Positions 31,583 to 42,008 are shown, counted from the first letter of the stretch. The stretch: DNA of 64,000 nt from Terracidiphilus sp. (GCA_050010795.1 JBEKKI010000008.1:38222-102221); one strand, 5' to 3'. Notes: generated from the sequence alone by a model not told the origin. A program made the numbers and translations.

Positions 31583-32837
31583 TATTTGCGCCGCTCCAGG
31601 CCTTCTTCGCCGTCCACGGCTCAGCCGGGGCACTCCAGAACTCATCCGTCGCGTCCAGGCCCAGCGGCAGCCACGCCGCTGCGCAAAAGTAGCAGCTTCC
31701 CGTCGATACGTAACTTTCTCCGATCGCCGGCTGGTGTCCGGCAAATCCAATCGTCAGCCAGCCTTTGCTGTCGAAGGTGCCCGCGGCATCGATCATTCGC
31801 GTCATCACGGAGGTCATCGCGCTCCGCACCTGCGCGGGAGAGACGCCGTCCGGCAGGTCGCGCCGCCACGCCATCTCCGCCAGGTGGTGCAGCGTTCCAA
31901 ACCGGTAGGCCAGCGAGCGGCCGATGGGCGGCAGTGTGCCCTCGGGGCTGATCAGCCGCTCCTGGATCGCCGCATAGCGCCTCGCCCGCTCCTCCACCGC
32001 CTTGCGCAAAAACGCCCAACGATCGGTGATGGTCTGCACCGCATCCAGAATACTCAGCAGCATTGGATGGATTACAAAACTGTTCAAGTAGTCCCAGTGG
32101 AACTCCGGTCCGTCGCCGTAAGCCCCGTCGCCCTTGTACCATTCCTGCACCTGCCGCAGCGCGTAGTCGATGCGCACCGTGTCCCACGGCTGCCCGTATT
32201 TGCAGAAACACGCCTCGATCATTGCGCTGAAGAGCAGCCAGTTGTTGAACCCCGGCTGCAGTTTGCGTGTCTTTGCGAGCGCTTGCACAAGGTTGTCTTT
32301 GGTCGCCGCGTCCAGCTTGGTCCACAGTTCGCCGGGCGCGCGCGCAAGGGCCAGCGCAAGAACCCCCGCGTCCACCAGCGACTGCTGATTGGTGCCGAAG
32401 TTCAATGCGTCGGGCGAGTGTGGATCGGTGCCATACCGTATCGCCAGCCGCGCCCACTCGCGGTAGCGGTCGCGCAACGCTTCCTCGGCGGGATCGTTGC
32501 CTGGCTCAGCTTCCAGCCACGGCGCCAAACCGGACAGCAGCCGCGCCACGGCTTCCAGATGCATCGACTCCCGTCGCGCCTCCTCAAACCCCGGAGCGGC
32601 CTCCACGGGCATCGTCGCGCGCAGCTTCTGCTGGCTCATCGCCTCAAGCACCGGCTGTGACACGCGCTCCACAATGGCCAACCATTTCGCCCGGTCATTC
32701 CGGCCTGACTCGCTTGCCGGCGCCTCCCTGCTTCGCCCCTCGCCTTGTGCGGCCGCGCCCGCCTGCAACGGCGCTGAAGCCAGCAACGTGCTCTTCAGAA
32801 AGTTCCGCCGCGTCGATCGCGATCCCATTCCGCTCAC
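31548..32837 (-). CDS. Tat-exported DUF2264-family protein
   Basis: RRNFLK Tat motif, HLEAVARLLSG, NNWLLF, WYKGDGAYGDG, GRSLAYR, YVSTGSCY. Confidence 0.85.
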   Translation of the reverse strand: MSGMGSRSTRRNFLKSTLLASAPLQAGAAAQGEGRSREAPASESGRNDRAKWLAIVERVSQPVLEAMSQQKLRATMPVEAAPGFEEARRESMHLEAVARLLSGLAPWLEAEPGNDPAEEALRDRYREWARLAIRYGTDPHSPDALNFGTNQQSLVDAGVLALALARAPGELWTKLDAATKDNLVQALAKTRKLQPGFNNWLLFSAMIEACFCKYGQPWDTVRIDYALRQVQEWYKGDGAYGDGPEFHWDYLNSFVIHPMLLSILDAVQTITDRWAFLRKAVEERARRYAAIQERLISPEGTLPPIGRSLAYRFGTLHHLAEMAWRRDLPDGVSPAQVRSAMTSVMTRMIDAAGTFDSKGWLTIGFAGHQPAIGESYVSTGSCYFCAAAWLPLGLDATDEFWSAPAEPWTAKKAWSGANIKADHAIADSV

Positions 32838-33223
32838 TCTTTCGCTGCTTGTGCGGCCAGCGCTTCAACCGCGCCAATCGCCTGCATCAATTCCGCAGGC
32901 ACGTTATGACGGCTGCGCAGATAGGCAGGTGAGTTATATGAGATCCAGGTCTTCCCGCCTTTGTCTTCCCATACAAGGATTTTCAGCGGCAGATCGATGG
33001 CGATGCTCGGCGCCGCCAGCATCACCGGCGTGCCCGCCTTCGGGCTCCCGAAGATCACCAGCTTGGTGGGCCGCATCTTCATGCCCACCTTCTCCGCTTC
33101 GCCGCTATGGTCCACCAGCGCGAACAGCGTCACGCCCTTCGCCGCGAGAATGTCGCGCAGCTTTTCTACAGTTGCATCCACCGAATGATGGCTTGCGATG
33201 TCGACGATTCCTTGTCCGCCCAT
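32834..33223 (-). CDS. DUF302-family protein
   Basis: FALVDHSGEAEKVG, VIFGSP, IDLPLKILVWED. Start 7 nt after TATGAT. Confidence 0.9.
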   Translation of the reverse strand: MGGQGIVDIASHHSVDATVEKLRDILAAKGVTLFALVDHSGEAEKVGMKMRPTKLVIFGSPKAGTPVMLAAPSIAIDLPLKILVWEDKGGKTWISYNSPAYLRSRHNVPAELMQAIGAVEALAAQAAKE

Positions 33224-33264
33224 GATCGACATCATACGGCAGCCAATCATCTCGGGCCGCGCGA

Positions 33265-33795
33265 TCAGGCGACGCGCTCGATCACCACCGACTCCAGCAC
33301 CACCGCCTTGTGCGGCTTGTCCTGCGTGTTGCGCGCCACTTTCGAGATCTTCACCACGATCTCCTGCCCCTCCACCACCTCACCAAAGATCGTGTGGTTG
33401 CCCGTGAGCCAATCGGTCGGCGCCACCGTAATAAAGAACTGGCTGCCGTTCGTGTTTGGCCCAGCATTCGCCATCGCCAATTTCCCCGGCTTGTCGAACT
33501 TGTGCGGTGAGCCCTTGGTCTCATCCTCGAAGCGGTAGCCCGGCCCGCCCATTCCGGTGCCTGCCGGATCGCCGCCCTGGATCATGAAGTCGGGAATCAC
33601 GCGGTGAAAAATTGTGCCGTCGTAGAGCCTGTTCTTCGACTTCGCGCGCGTGACCGGATGCGACCATTCCTTCGCGCCCTCCGCCAGCTCAATGAAGTTC
33701 TTTACAGTGATAGGCGCCTCGGCCTCGAAAAGTCTGACGGTGATCTTTCCCTCCGTCGTGGAAAAAACTGCGTAAGTTCCTGCTGCATGTGCCAT
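33265..33795 (-). CDS. Cytoplasmic cyclophilin-type peptidyl-prolyl isomerase
   Basis: YDGTIFHRVIPDFMIQGGDP, LAMANAGPNTNGSQFF, HTIFGEV. Confidence 0.95.
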   Translation of the reverse strand: MAHAAGTYAVFSTTEGKITVRLFEAEAPITVKNFIELAEGAKEWSHPVTRAKSKNRLYDGTIFHRVIPDFMIQGGDPAGTGMGGPGYRFEDETKGSPHKFDKPGKLAMANAGPNTNGSQFFITVAPTDWLTGNHTIFGEVVEGQEIVVKISKVARNTQDKPHKAVVLESVVIERVA

Positions 33796-33839
33796 GGGTT
33801 CTCCTGATTTTCCCTGATCTCTGTTCTCTGATCTCTGTC

Positions 33840-34541
33840 TTACGGCAGCGCCGACTTCGGCGGCATCGGCTCGCCTTCGCGCACAATCCAAACCTTCTCC
33901 AGCAACACCGGAGTCAGCGGCCTGTCGTTCCCATCGCGAGGCACGCGCGCAATGGCCTTCACCACCGAAACGCTGGCATCATCGCACTGGCCAAATAGCG
34001 TGTAATTCTGATTCAGCGAGTCGTACGCCTGCTCGGTGATGAAGAATTGGCTGCCGTTCGTGTTCGGCCCGCTGTTGGCCATTGCCAGCCGCCCCGGCCG
34101 ATCGAAATTCAGACTAGGATCGAACTCATCGTTGAACACGTAGCCGGGATTGCCGGTCCCCGTGCCCGTCGGATCGCCGCCCTGGATCATGAACTCCGGA
34201 ATCACGCGATGAAAGATCGTGCCGTCGTAATACGGCTTGTGGCGCTCGACCTTTTTCGTCGCGGGATCGGTCCAGTCCTTCGTGCCTTCCGCCAGCCCGA
34301 TAAAGTTGGCCACCGCATGCGGCGCCTGCTTTTCATAAAACTGGCAGGTGATCCGTCCCATCGAGGTGTCCATCACCACCCGCGGCCCATTGGGAACCGT
34401 CATCGCCTCGGTGGTTGCTTGCGGCGCATCGGGAATTCCCTGGCTCGCGGGCGCCGACTGTTGCGCAAACACGGCAAAGGCCGCTCCGGCAATTCCGGCC
34501 GCGGCCAGGGCAGAGAAGAGAATCGTGCGCTGAGTTTTCAT
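33840..34541 (-). CDS. Exported cyclophilin-type peptidyl-prolyl isomerase
   Basis: Signal peptide, YDGTIFHRVIPEFMIQGGDP, LAMANSGPNTNGSQFF. Confidence 0.95.
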   Translation of the reverse strand: MKTQRTILFSALAAAGIAGAAFAVFAQQSAPASQGIPDAPQATTEAMTVPNGPRVVMDTSMGRITCQFYEKQAPHAVANFIGLAEGTKDWTDPATKKVERHKPYYDGTIFHRVIPEFMIQGGDPTGTGTGNPGYVFNDEFDPSLNFDRPGRLAMANSGPNTNGSQFFITEQAYDSLNQNYTLFGQCDDASVSVVKAIARVPRDGNDRPLTPVLLEKVWIVREGEPMPPKSALP

Positions 34542-34598
34542 ACCAGGTTTGAGGTTAAATCATGCGGCTTCCTCGCTGCCAGCTTCCGCTCGATCGTG

Positions 34599-34667
34599 CT
34601 AAAAGCTGATAGCTGAGAGCCGAAAGCTGTCTTCTATTCCCTAATCCCTGTTTCCTGATCCCTGTCT
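34599..34667. repeat. Adjacent GCTGANA and CCCTRWT heptamer tracts after the DUF1501 stop
   Basis: gctaaaa gctgata gctgaga gccgaaa gctg; ccctaat ccctgtt tcctgat ccctgtc. Confidence 0.8.
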
Positions 34668-34669
34668 CC

Positions 34670-35926
34670 TCACACCAGCCGCAGAAAGCCGGACTTGCGC
34701 AACGCTGCTCCCGGAAACACCGTCTCCAGATTCTCCGCGCCCAGTGTGTGTGTCACCACTTCGCCCAGCACCTCGCGGTAGTCCGTTGTCAGCGCCAGGT
34801 CGCGGCCCTGGTTTAGCTGATCGTCGTCGAGCCCCGGCCACTTTCCATACACTTTGCCGCCTTTTACTTGCCCGCCCAGCACGAACATCGCGTTCGCGTG
34901 CCCGTGATCCGTGCCACCTGTCCCGTTTTCGCGCGCCGTGCGCCCAAACTCAGACATCGTCGCCAGCGTCACATTGCCCGCCTCGTCGCCCATGTCGCGC
35001 CAGAACGCCGCAATACTGGCCGAGAAATCCGTCAGCCGGTTCGCAAGCTGCCCGTTTACGCCGCCTTGATTCTGGTGCGTGTCCCATCCTGTCACGTCGG
35101 TAAACGCAGCCTCCACGCCCAGGTTCGCCTTCAGCAGCTGCGCAATCTGCCGCATGCTGTTGCCGAATTCAGTGCTCGGATACTCGACGCCCACCGCCGG
35201 CACGTACTGCGCGGGATTCGCCGCGCGCAGCATCTTCACCGCCTCAAACGTCTCATCGCCCGCGGCGTGAAAGATTTTGTCGCCCGAGTCCGCATACATC
35301 GCCTCGAACGCGCTCGCCGCAGGCGACTGCACCGGCCCACGCCCCGCCACGCTGAATGTATTTACATTGCTGATCGCAATCGCAGGAATCTTTCCCGCCA
35401 GCGTCCGCGGCACTTCCGCTCCCAGCGCTAGCGCACGAAACGCCGTATGCTCCCGGTCATGCCGTCCACAGTTGCACGCGTCTTCCGCCTGCAGCGCGCG
35501 ATTCAACCAGCCGTCCTCGGTGTTCTTCACGCCCGGAGTGCCCGACTCCATATAATCCTGCGCGTCAAAGTGTGAACGGCTCATGTCCGGCGACCCACAC
35601 GCGTGCACAATCGCCAGATGTCCCTGTTGGAAAAGCGGCTTGAACGCCCCCAGCGACGGATGCAGCCCGAAGAATCCATCGAGATCCAGAACCTGGTTCT
35701 GCGGGATTGCGATGCTCGGCCGCATCCGGTAGTAGTTTTTCTCGGCATACGGCACGACCACGTTCAACCCGTCCGCCGCGCCGCGCTGGAAGATCACCAC
35801 CAGCCTCTGTCCTTGAGCGCCGGCCGTCTGCGCCAGCACTGAATGCACCAGGAAATTCGGCATCGCCGTCGTGCCCGCTACGGCCAGCGCGCCCCTGTGC
35901 AGGAAAAATCTCCGGTTTATCCGCAT
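34670..35926 (-). CDS. Tat-exported DUF1501-family protein
   Basis: RRFFL Tat motif, FQRGAADGLN, RSHFDAQ, GWDTH, SEFGRT, GTDHG. Confidence 0.93.
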   Translation of the reverse strand: MRINRRFFLHRGALAVAGTTAMPNFLVHSVLAQTAGAQGQRLVVIFQRGAADGLNVVVPYAEKNYYRMRPSIAIPQNQVLDLDGFFGLHPSLGAFKPLFQQGHLAIVHACGSPDMSRSHFDAQDYMESGTPGVKNTEDGWLNRALQAEDACNCGRHDREHTAFRALALGAEVPRTLAGKIPAIAISNVNTFSVAGRGPVQSPAASAFEAMYADSGDKIFHAAGDETFEAVKMLRAANPAQYVPAVGVEYPSTEFGNSMRQIAQLLKANLGVEAAFTDVTGWDTHQNQGGVNGQLANRLTDFSASIAAFWRDMGDEAGNVTLATMSEFGRTARENGTGGTDHGHANAMFVLGGQVKGGKVYGKWPGLDDDQLNQGRDLALTTDYREVLGEVVTHTLGAENLETVFPGAALRKSGFLRLV

Positions 35927-35951
35927 ACTCCAATTCCTCAGCTATATGTCC

Positions 35952-35996
35952 CTAACTCCGCCCGCTCCGCTAACTCCGCTAACGCCGCTAACTCAG
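35952..35996. repeat. Five CTAACTCCG-type 9-mers between DUF1800 and DUF1501
   Basis: ctaactccg cccgctccg ctaactccg ctaacgccg ctaactcag. Confidence 0.8.
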
Positions 35997-36005
35997 CTGG
36001 CCCCG

Positions 36006-38303
36006 CTATCTCCTCTGAAACTCGGGGCTACCCATCAGCAATCCCGCCAGCAGTTGATTTTCCCGCTCATATGCATCGGCTGCCGGCGCGCGATTTGCTC
36101 TCCGCGCCACAACCGGCGTCTCCATCGCTCCGTTCTGCGCGTTCTGCTTCTCAAACTCCTGGAGCGCCGCCGCTCGCGTCGTTGCGCTCACTCCGCCGGG
36201 CAGCAAAACCTGCTCCAGTCGCGCCTCTTCGCTTTCCGGCGTCGGCACCACCTGCTCGGCCGGCGCATCGCTGTCCAGCGCGCTCATGTCCAGCTCTGGC
36301 GCCCATTCCACGGTGATTCCCGGCAGTCGGTTCGCGGCCAACGCCAGCGCGAAGTTCATCCGGTCCACCAGCGCGCCCGTGCTAACCCAGTCGGCCTCGT
36401 CCCACTTGTAACCCACCGGCGGAATGCATCCGTACAGCGGCATTCCCATCTGCCGCAGTTGATTCACCACCGGCAAATAGTTCTCCACGTCCGCATTGCT
36501 TGCCCGCACCGCGCTCACCACAAATTCAATCGGAGTCTTCACCTTGGCCCGGTCGTCGGTCTTGGCCCAGAATTCCGGCGAGTGGAACAGCGTTTTCAGC
36601 ACCGTCGGAATATCGCCGTCGCTTGCCATGTACGCCTTCGCCATGCGGTCCATGAGCGCCTGCGGCGGGTCGTCGCTCACAAATCGGATTGCCAGCTGGC
36701 GCGAGATGAACTGCGCTGTCGCCGGCCGCGTCGCCAAAAAGTGCAGCAGCTCGCGGCCTTCCATCTCGCCGTTCTCCTTGATCTTCACGCCCATCACTTT
36801 CTTCGTGCCCGGCTCATGCCGGTTTTCGTTGAACTCGAATCCGCCGCCGAACTGCGGCCGATTCACTCCCCAGCCCGTCAGCACCCGCGCTACCTGGATC
36901 ACGTCGGCCTGCGTGTATCCGCCATTCACGCCCACGGTGTGCAATTCCATCAGCTCGCGCGCATAGTTCTCGTTGATGCCCGGCGGATCTTGCCGCTTCG
37001 CATTCGGCCGTCGCGCCTCCGCCATCTTCATGCGCCCCGCCGCCGGCGAGTCCGGCCCCACGCTCTGCGCGTTGTCCAGGTAGATCATCATCGCCGGGCT
37101 GTGCGCCACCGCTTCCAGCAGGTCCTCAAACTTGCCCAACGCATGCGGCCGTATCGTGTCTCGCTCGTAGCTCACCAGGTAAGACGGCATCTGCTCGTTC
37201 TTACGCAGATAAATGTTGAAGTGATTCAGCCAGAAGTCCGTCATCACTTCCTGCAACTGCGCTTTCGAATAGATGTCGCGAGCCAGCCGCTCGGCAAACA
37301 GCTCCTGCACCACCGTCTGTTCGGGATGTTCCAAATCCTCGACTGACTCCTTCAGGTCCGGGCTCATATTAGCCACCAGCGCCGCGCGCTGCGCCGGCTT
37401 TAGCGATTTCATAAAGCTCTCGAACTCTTCGGGCCGCATGTTTTGCAGCCGCCGCACGCGATCCTCCGGCGCCAACGCCAGTGTCCACCGGATCTGCGCC
37501 TCATCCGCTTCATCCCGCACCGGTGCGCGGTTCGCGTCCGCTGGCGCCATCGCATTCGCCTCTCCCGCCACCGCGGGTGCACCAGGTCCCGATTCTGGGA
37601 CCTGGGAGGGCAACGCCATTCCGCCGCTCGCGTCCATACTCTTGTCAGCGCCCTCATTGGCGCTCGTCGCGGCAGGTTCGCCGCTCGCTGCACCGTTCAT
37701 TCCCAGACTTGCCGCGTTACCTCCACTTGCCGTCGTCGCCGCCAGCTTCTCTGCCTGCGCCTGCTTCCTAAGTTGAAAGCGGTAAATCTGATTCTCATAC
37801 ACCGCGTGCAGAGTGCCCGTCTGGGGAATCTCGATCTTTCCGTCCGCGGCCATGCGAATCATTGCATTGCTGGGCATTCTGTACATCAGGTCCTGCGTGC
37901 CCCACTGCATCGCGGGATACTGCGCCAGCCGAGCATTCAGGTCCGCCTCGTCGATCGCTGCTGAATGCAGTTGCTCATCGAACCACTTATCGAGCCCCAT
38001 CTTCTTCACTGCTTCCACGTCGCCGGGCTTCGGCCCAAACGTGAACCGCTCCAGCGCGTGAAGAATGCGCTCGTCGCCCTGCAGCTCGCCTGAAGCATAT
38101 TCCTGCCTGTGCTTTGCCCGCGTTGGCGCCTGGCCGCCCTCCGCCTCCTGCGCCAGTCCCATCGGAGCAGGGAAGCAAAGGATCGAGCACAGCACAGCGG
38201 CGACCGTCTTCGACGCCGCCTCGTGCACCGGCCCGTACATCGCCGCGTGCGACAACTTCATCGTTTGCGCTCCTGGCAGGGGGATAGCCGTGCATGGCTG
38301 CAC
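36006..38303 (-). CDS. DUF1800-family protein
   Basis: HALERFTFGP, TDFWLNHFNI, SPAMMIYLDN, NENYARELMELHT, GSPEFQRR. Start may be the later MKLSH. Confidence 0.93.
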   Translation of the reverse strand: MQPCTAIPLPGAQTMKLSHAAMYGPVHEAASKTVAAVLCSILCFPAPMGLAQEAEGGQAPTRAKHRQEYASGELQGDERILHALERFTFGPKPGDVEAVKKMGLDKWFDEQLHSAAIDEADLNARLAQYPAMQWGTQDLMYRMPSNAMIRMAADGKIEIPQTGTLHAVYENQIYRFQLRKQAQAEKLAATTASGGNAASLGMNGAASGEPAATSANEGADKSMDASGGMALPSQVPESGPGAPAVAGEANAMAPADANRAPVRDEADEAQIRWTLALAPEDRVRRLQNMRPEEFESFMKSLKPAQRAALVANMSPDLKESVEDLEHPEQTVVQELFAERLARDIYSKAQLQEVMTDFWLNHFNIYLRKNEQMPSYLVSYERDTIRPHALGKFEDLLEAVAHSPAMMIYLDNAQSVGPDSPAAGRMKMAEARRPNAKRQDPPGINENYARELMELHTVGVNGGYTQADVIQVARVLTGWGVNRPQFGGGFEFNENRHEPGTKKVMGVKIKENGEMEGRELLHFLATRPATAQFISRQLAIRFVSDDPPQALMDRMAKAYMASDGDIPTVLKTLFHSPEFWAKTDDRAKVKTPIEFVVSAVRASNADVENYLPVVNQLRQMGMPLYGCIPPVGYKWDEADWVSTGALVDRMNFALALAANRLPGITVEWAPELDMSALDSDAPAEQVVPTPESEEARLEQVLLPGGVSATTRAAALQEFEKQNAQNGAMETPVVARRANRAPAADAYERENQLLAGLLMGSPEFQRR

Positions 38304-38531
38304 GGCTCGACCTTACATCCAGTTCAGACGCCATCTTGCCGCGAAAGTTGTGGTTCGGCGGGCCCCACCAGGCGTCGGGCTCCAAACTCTGCCCGACCCA
38401 GTCGAACGGCCGCCCAGCGATCGCACATTGGGCAAGCCCTGTTTCAACAGCAATTTAGTTTTGTTTGATTGAACCTGATTGAAGGTGGGATTCGCCGCCC
38501 GATTTGATTGATTCCTGACCCCGGACCCCTG

Positions 38532-38768
38532 TTACTTCGCCTTCCTGCATCGCTCCATGATCGCGTTGTGCAGCCGGTCGCTCACTTCGGCGGGTAGTTC
38601 GTAGATCTCGTGGCAGCGGAAAATCTCGATCGTCTTACGCGTCGTGTTCAGGACCACTTCGCAGTGTCCGCACTTCTTCAGGTGCGCTTCAATCTCCGAT
38701 CGCGTCTCGACGGCCATCGACTCGTCGATCACGTCGTCGAGGATTTCGAGAAACTCAGTGCAGGTCAT
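38532..38768 (-). CDS. Soluble zinc-binding anti-sigma factor (ZAS, zf-HC2)
   Basis: HLKKCGHC (HxxxCxxC). ATGA overlap with the sigma gene. No TM segment. Confidence 0.9.
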   Translation of the reverse strand: MTCTEFLEILDDVIDESMAVETRSEIEAHLKKCGHCEVVLNTTRKTIEIFRCHEIYELPAEVSDRLHNAIMERCRKAK

Positions 38769-39430
38769 TTCTCAGCTCCGATCCCTTGCGGCGAGCCGCT
38801 TGCCTGCACCGCCTGCGTTGCCTTCCTGCCGAAGTAGCGCGTCAACCGCTCGCGCAATTGCAACCGCGCGCGCAACAGGCGAGACTTCACGGCCGGAACA
38901 CTCAACCCCAGCGTCTCGGCCGTCTCCTCGGTCGAGAGTCCGTCCACGTCGCGCAGCGCAAACACCACGCGGAATCCCTGCGGTAAGCCCTGGATCGTCT
39001 TGCGCAGAATCTCCGCCAGTTCCGCCTGGCTGTAGTTCTGCTCCGGATTGGGCGCCCAATCGGCGAAGTCGCGGGGTACGCTGCCTTCTTCGGTCCTCAC
39101 GTCCTCGTCCATCGAGACCAGCCTGCCCGTGCGCCGCTTGCGCAGCCGCATCAGGCTCTCGTTCACCGCGATTCGCACCAGCCATGTATAGAACTTTGAA
39201 TTCCCCTGAAATTGATCAAGCTTCTCGTACGCCTTCAGAAACGCGTCCTGCATCACGTCTTCGGCATCTTCACGGTTCTGCGTAATGTGCTGCGCAATCC
39301 TGAAGATCTGCCGCTCGTACTTGCGCACCAGCGTGTCGTAAGCCGAGACATCGCCGCCGCGAACCCGTTCCACCAGGGCCACGTCGGGATGCTGCTCGTT
39401 TTGTCCCTCAATCGATTGGATGGTTGACAT
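38765..39430 (-). CDS. ECF RNA polymerase sigma factor
   Basis: EDAEDVMQDAFLKAY, FYTWLVRIAVN, STEETAETLGLSVPAVKSRLLRAR. Confidence 0.95.
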   Translation of the reverse strand: MSTIQSIEGQNEQHPDVALVERVRGGDVSAYDTLVRKYERQIFRIAQHITQNREDAEDVMQDAFLKAYEKLDQFQGNSKFYTWLVRIAVNESLMRLRKRRTGRLVSMDEDVRTEEGSVPRDFADWAPNPEQNYSQAELAEILRKTIQGLPQGFRVVFALRDVDGLSTEETAETLGLSVPAVKSRLLRARLQLRERLTRYFGRKATQAVQASGSPQGIGAEK

Positions 39431-39644
39431 GGGACTTAGTTCCAGAAAAATGCCGCGAAAGTCGCGCCGGCGTTCGCCTTTAAGATTCGCCTTGGCAGGC
39501 CGGGGATGGCTTGAGACCGCCCGTAAAAGATGAGTGTATCGGACCCGGCGGCCACCAGCCAAACCGCGCGCGGCGCAAATCTCCGGTTACGCCACTGGTT
39601 CCCCGCCTGCTGCGGTTGCGTCCAATTCGGCATAAAGTGGAATT

Positions 39645-42008
39645 ATGCTTGGCTTTTCCTCCCCTGCGCCCCTCTCACGGGCTTTGGCCGCCCTGCTTTC
39701 GTTGTTGATAGCGGCTTCACCGCTCGCGCCGCAGTCCGCCGCTCCGCCCGATGCGGGCCAATCCGGCTCCCCGGCCTCCCATCGAACCGCATCCGATCGG
39801 GCGACAACCTCAAAAAAGAAGACTCCCCCGAAACACAAGCCGGCGCATCGCTCCAGCCGCGCTTCGCGCATTGCGCGCACCGCTCGCATCCGGCGGGCCT
39901 TCGTCGCCTCGAAGGAACTGCAGCCGATGACCCAGCAGTTGGCCACGCTGCGCATGCCCCAGGCTTACGCGGCAGTCACCGCCTACGCGCACAGCCACAC
40001 CGGCGACGCCGCTGCTGCGGCTTATCTCGCGCTGGGCCACGCCTATATCCTCGATAAGCGCTATGCCGAAGCCGAATCGGCTCTCGCCCAGGCGCGGCGC
40101 GCCGACGGCGAACTTGCCGACTACTCTGACTTTCTTGCCGCAGAGGCAAGTCACTCGGCAGGCGACGATGCCGCCGCCGAATCGATCCTGCACGGATTCA
40201 CCGACCGCTATCCCGAGAGCATCTTTGTCGATCAGGCGCCCGAGCTTGAAGCCAACGTCCTCCTGGCCATGAACAAACTCACCGCCGCCCGGCAGGTGCT
40301 TGCCGACGCCGCGGGCACTGCAGCCGTTGATCGCCCCGGCTTTCAACTCGCTGAAGGGGAGGTTGAGCAGGCACTCGGCCTGCAACAGCCGGCAATCGAC
40401 ACTTTCAAGCGTGTCCTGCTTGAGCATCCCTTGAGCCCTGAAGCGCAGACCGCGCGCGCCAAGCTCACCCAGGCGGGCGCCGAGGCAACACTGACCGTCG
40501 CCGACCTGCGCAGCCTGGCTGATGCCTTCTACAAAGCTGGCCGCTACGATGAGGCTTCGGAGCAGTTCCGCGTTCTGGCGCGCGAGCCCGGGCTCGACGC
40601 CCAAACCCGCAGCAGCTTTGCCGTGTCTGAAGCCGCCTGTCAGTTGAAGCTGAAACGTCTGACCCCTGCCCAGGTGCAGGCTCTGCCCGACACTCACGAC
40701 GAGAACGGCGCCCACCGTCTCGACCTGCTGATGGAGCTTGCGCGCGAACGCGACGACACCGCCGATCAACAGCGCATCGTCTCGGAAATGGAGTCCCGCT
40801 TCCCTCATAGCCCCTGGCTCGCTGACGCGCTCTTCTCCAGCGGCAACATGTACCTGCTCAAGCGCGATTACCCCACGGCGATCCAGTACTACGGCGACCT
40901 CGCCACACGCTTTCCTGGCGAAACGAACGCCGCGGCGGCGCACTGGCGCTCCGGTTGGCTCAGCTACCGTCTGGGACTCTTCAAGGATGCCGAGCGCATC
41001 TTCGACGAACAGATTCGTCTCTATCCCGGCGCCGCCGAGACCGTCTCAGCGCTCTACTGGCGCGGACGCCTCTACGAAACGCTGGACCATAACCCGGCAT
41101 CGGCGGCAGCCAACTACCGCACCATCGCGCGCGTCTACCAGCATTTTTTCTACGCGCAGATGGCGCGCCGGCGCCTCGCCGCGTTGGGAGCCGCGCAAAC
41201 CGCATCCGACCCGCAGCTGGATCAGTTTCAGCCCATGCCTTTACCGCACCTTGTGGACACATTCCCCGCGGACAGCCCCCACCTGGCCAAGGCCCGCCTG
41301 CTCGCCAATGCAGGCTTGAATGAGTACATTGCTCAGGAGATCAAGGCCGACCCCAGCTCCTCCTCCTGGAGCGCCCTGGCCGAGGCGCAGATTTACTCCT
41401 CCTACGGCGAGACGTATCGCGCCGTTCGGGCCCTCAAGCGGGCTTTGCCCGGTGCGGCTTCCGCCTCCATCCAATCCATTCCCCTCGCCTATTGGCGCAT
41501 TCTCTTTCCCGAGCCCTGGTGGGACACGATCCAGGCCGAGTCGGCCAAAAACAATCTCGATCCTTACCTGGTCGCCTCGCTCATCCGCCAGGAATCCGAG
41601 TTCGATCCCACTGCAATCTCCTACGCCAATGCCTATGGCTTGATGCAACTGCTGCCCTCGGTGGGAAGAAAGTTGGCCCGCGAGGAGGGCATATCCAGCT
41701 TCCAGACCTTCCAGCTACTCGATCCCGCCATGAACATTCGCCTCGGAACGCGCTATCTTCGCCAGACGCTCGATCACTTCGGCGGCGTGCAGGAGTACGC
41801 ACTTGCCGCCTACAACGCGGGCGATAGCCGTGTAGCCGATTGGCAGGCGGCCGGCCCCTATTCCGGTATCGACGAATTCGTCGAGTCTATCCCCTTTACG
41901 CAAACTCGCGAGTACGTCGAAGCCATCCTGCGCAACGAGGAGACCTACAAAGCGATCGACGATTTTGCCCGCGCTCATCAGGCCGAGGCCTCCGCATCCG
42001 TGCGCTAG
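39645..42008 (+). CDS. slt: Soluble lytic murein transglycosylase with TPR superhelix
   Basis: Signal peptide, TPR repeats, LIRQESEF (catalytic Glu), AYGLMQLLP, LAAYNAG, ETREYV-like TREYV. Confidence 0.92.
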   Translation: MLGFSSPAPLSRALAALLSLLIAASPLAPQSAAPPDAGQSGSPASHRTASDRATTSKKKTPPKHKPAHRSSRASRIARTARIRRAFVASKELQPMTQQLATLRMPQAYAAVTAYAHSHTGDAAAAAYLALGHAYILDKRYAEAESALAQARRADGELADYSDFLAAEASHSAGDDAAAESILHGFTDRYPESIFVDQAPELEANVLLAMNKLTAARQVLADAAGTAAVDRPGFQLAEGEVEQALGLQQPAIDTFKRVLLEHPLSPEAQTARAKLTQAGAEATLTVADLRSLADAFYKAGRYDEASEQFRVLAREPGLDAQTRSSFAVSEAACQLKLKRLTPAQVQALPDTHDENGAHRLDLLMELARERDDTADQQRIVSEMESRFPHSPWLADALFSSGNMYLLKRDYPTAIQYYGDLATRFPGETNAAAAHWRSGWLSYRLGLFKDAERIFDEQIRLYPGAAETVSALYWRGRLYETLDHNPASAAANYRTIARVYQHFFYAQMARRRLAALGAAQTASDPQLDQFQPMPLPHLVDTFPADSPHLAKARLLANAGLNEYIAQEIKADPSSSSWSALAEAQIYSSYGETYRAVRALKRALPGAASASIQSIPLAYWRILFPEPWWDTIQAESAKNNLDPYLVASLIRQESEFDPTAISYANAYGLMQLLPSVGRKLAREEGISSFQTFQLLDPAMNIRLGTRYLRQTLDHFGGVQEYALAAYNAGDSRVADWQAAGPYSGIDEFVESIPFTQTREYVEAILRNEETYKAIDDFARAHQAEASASVR

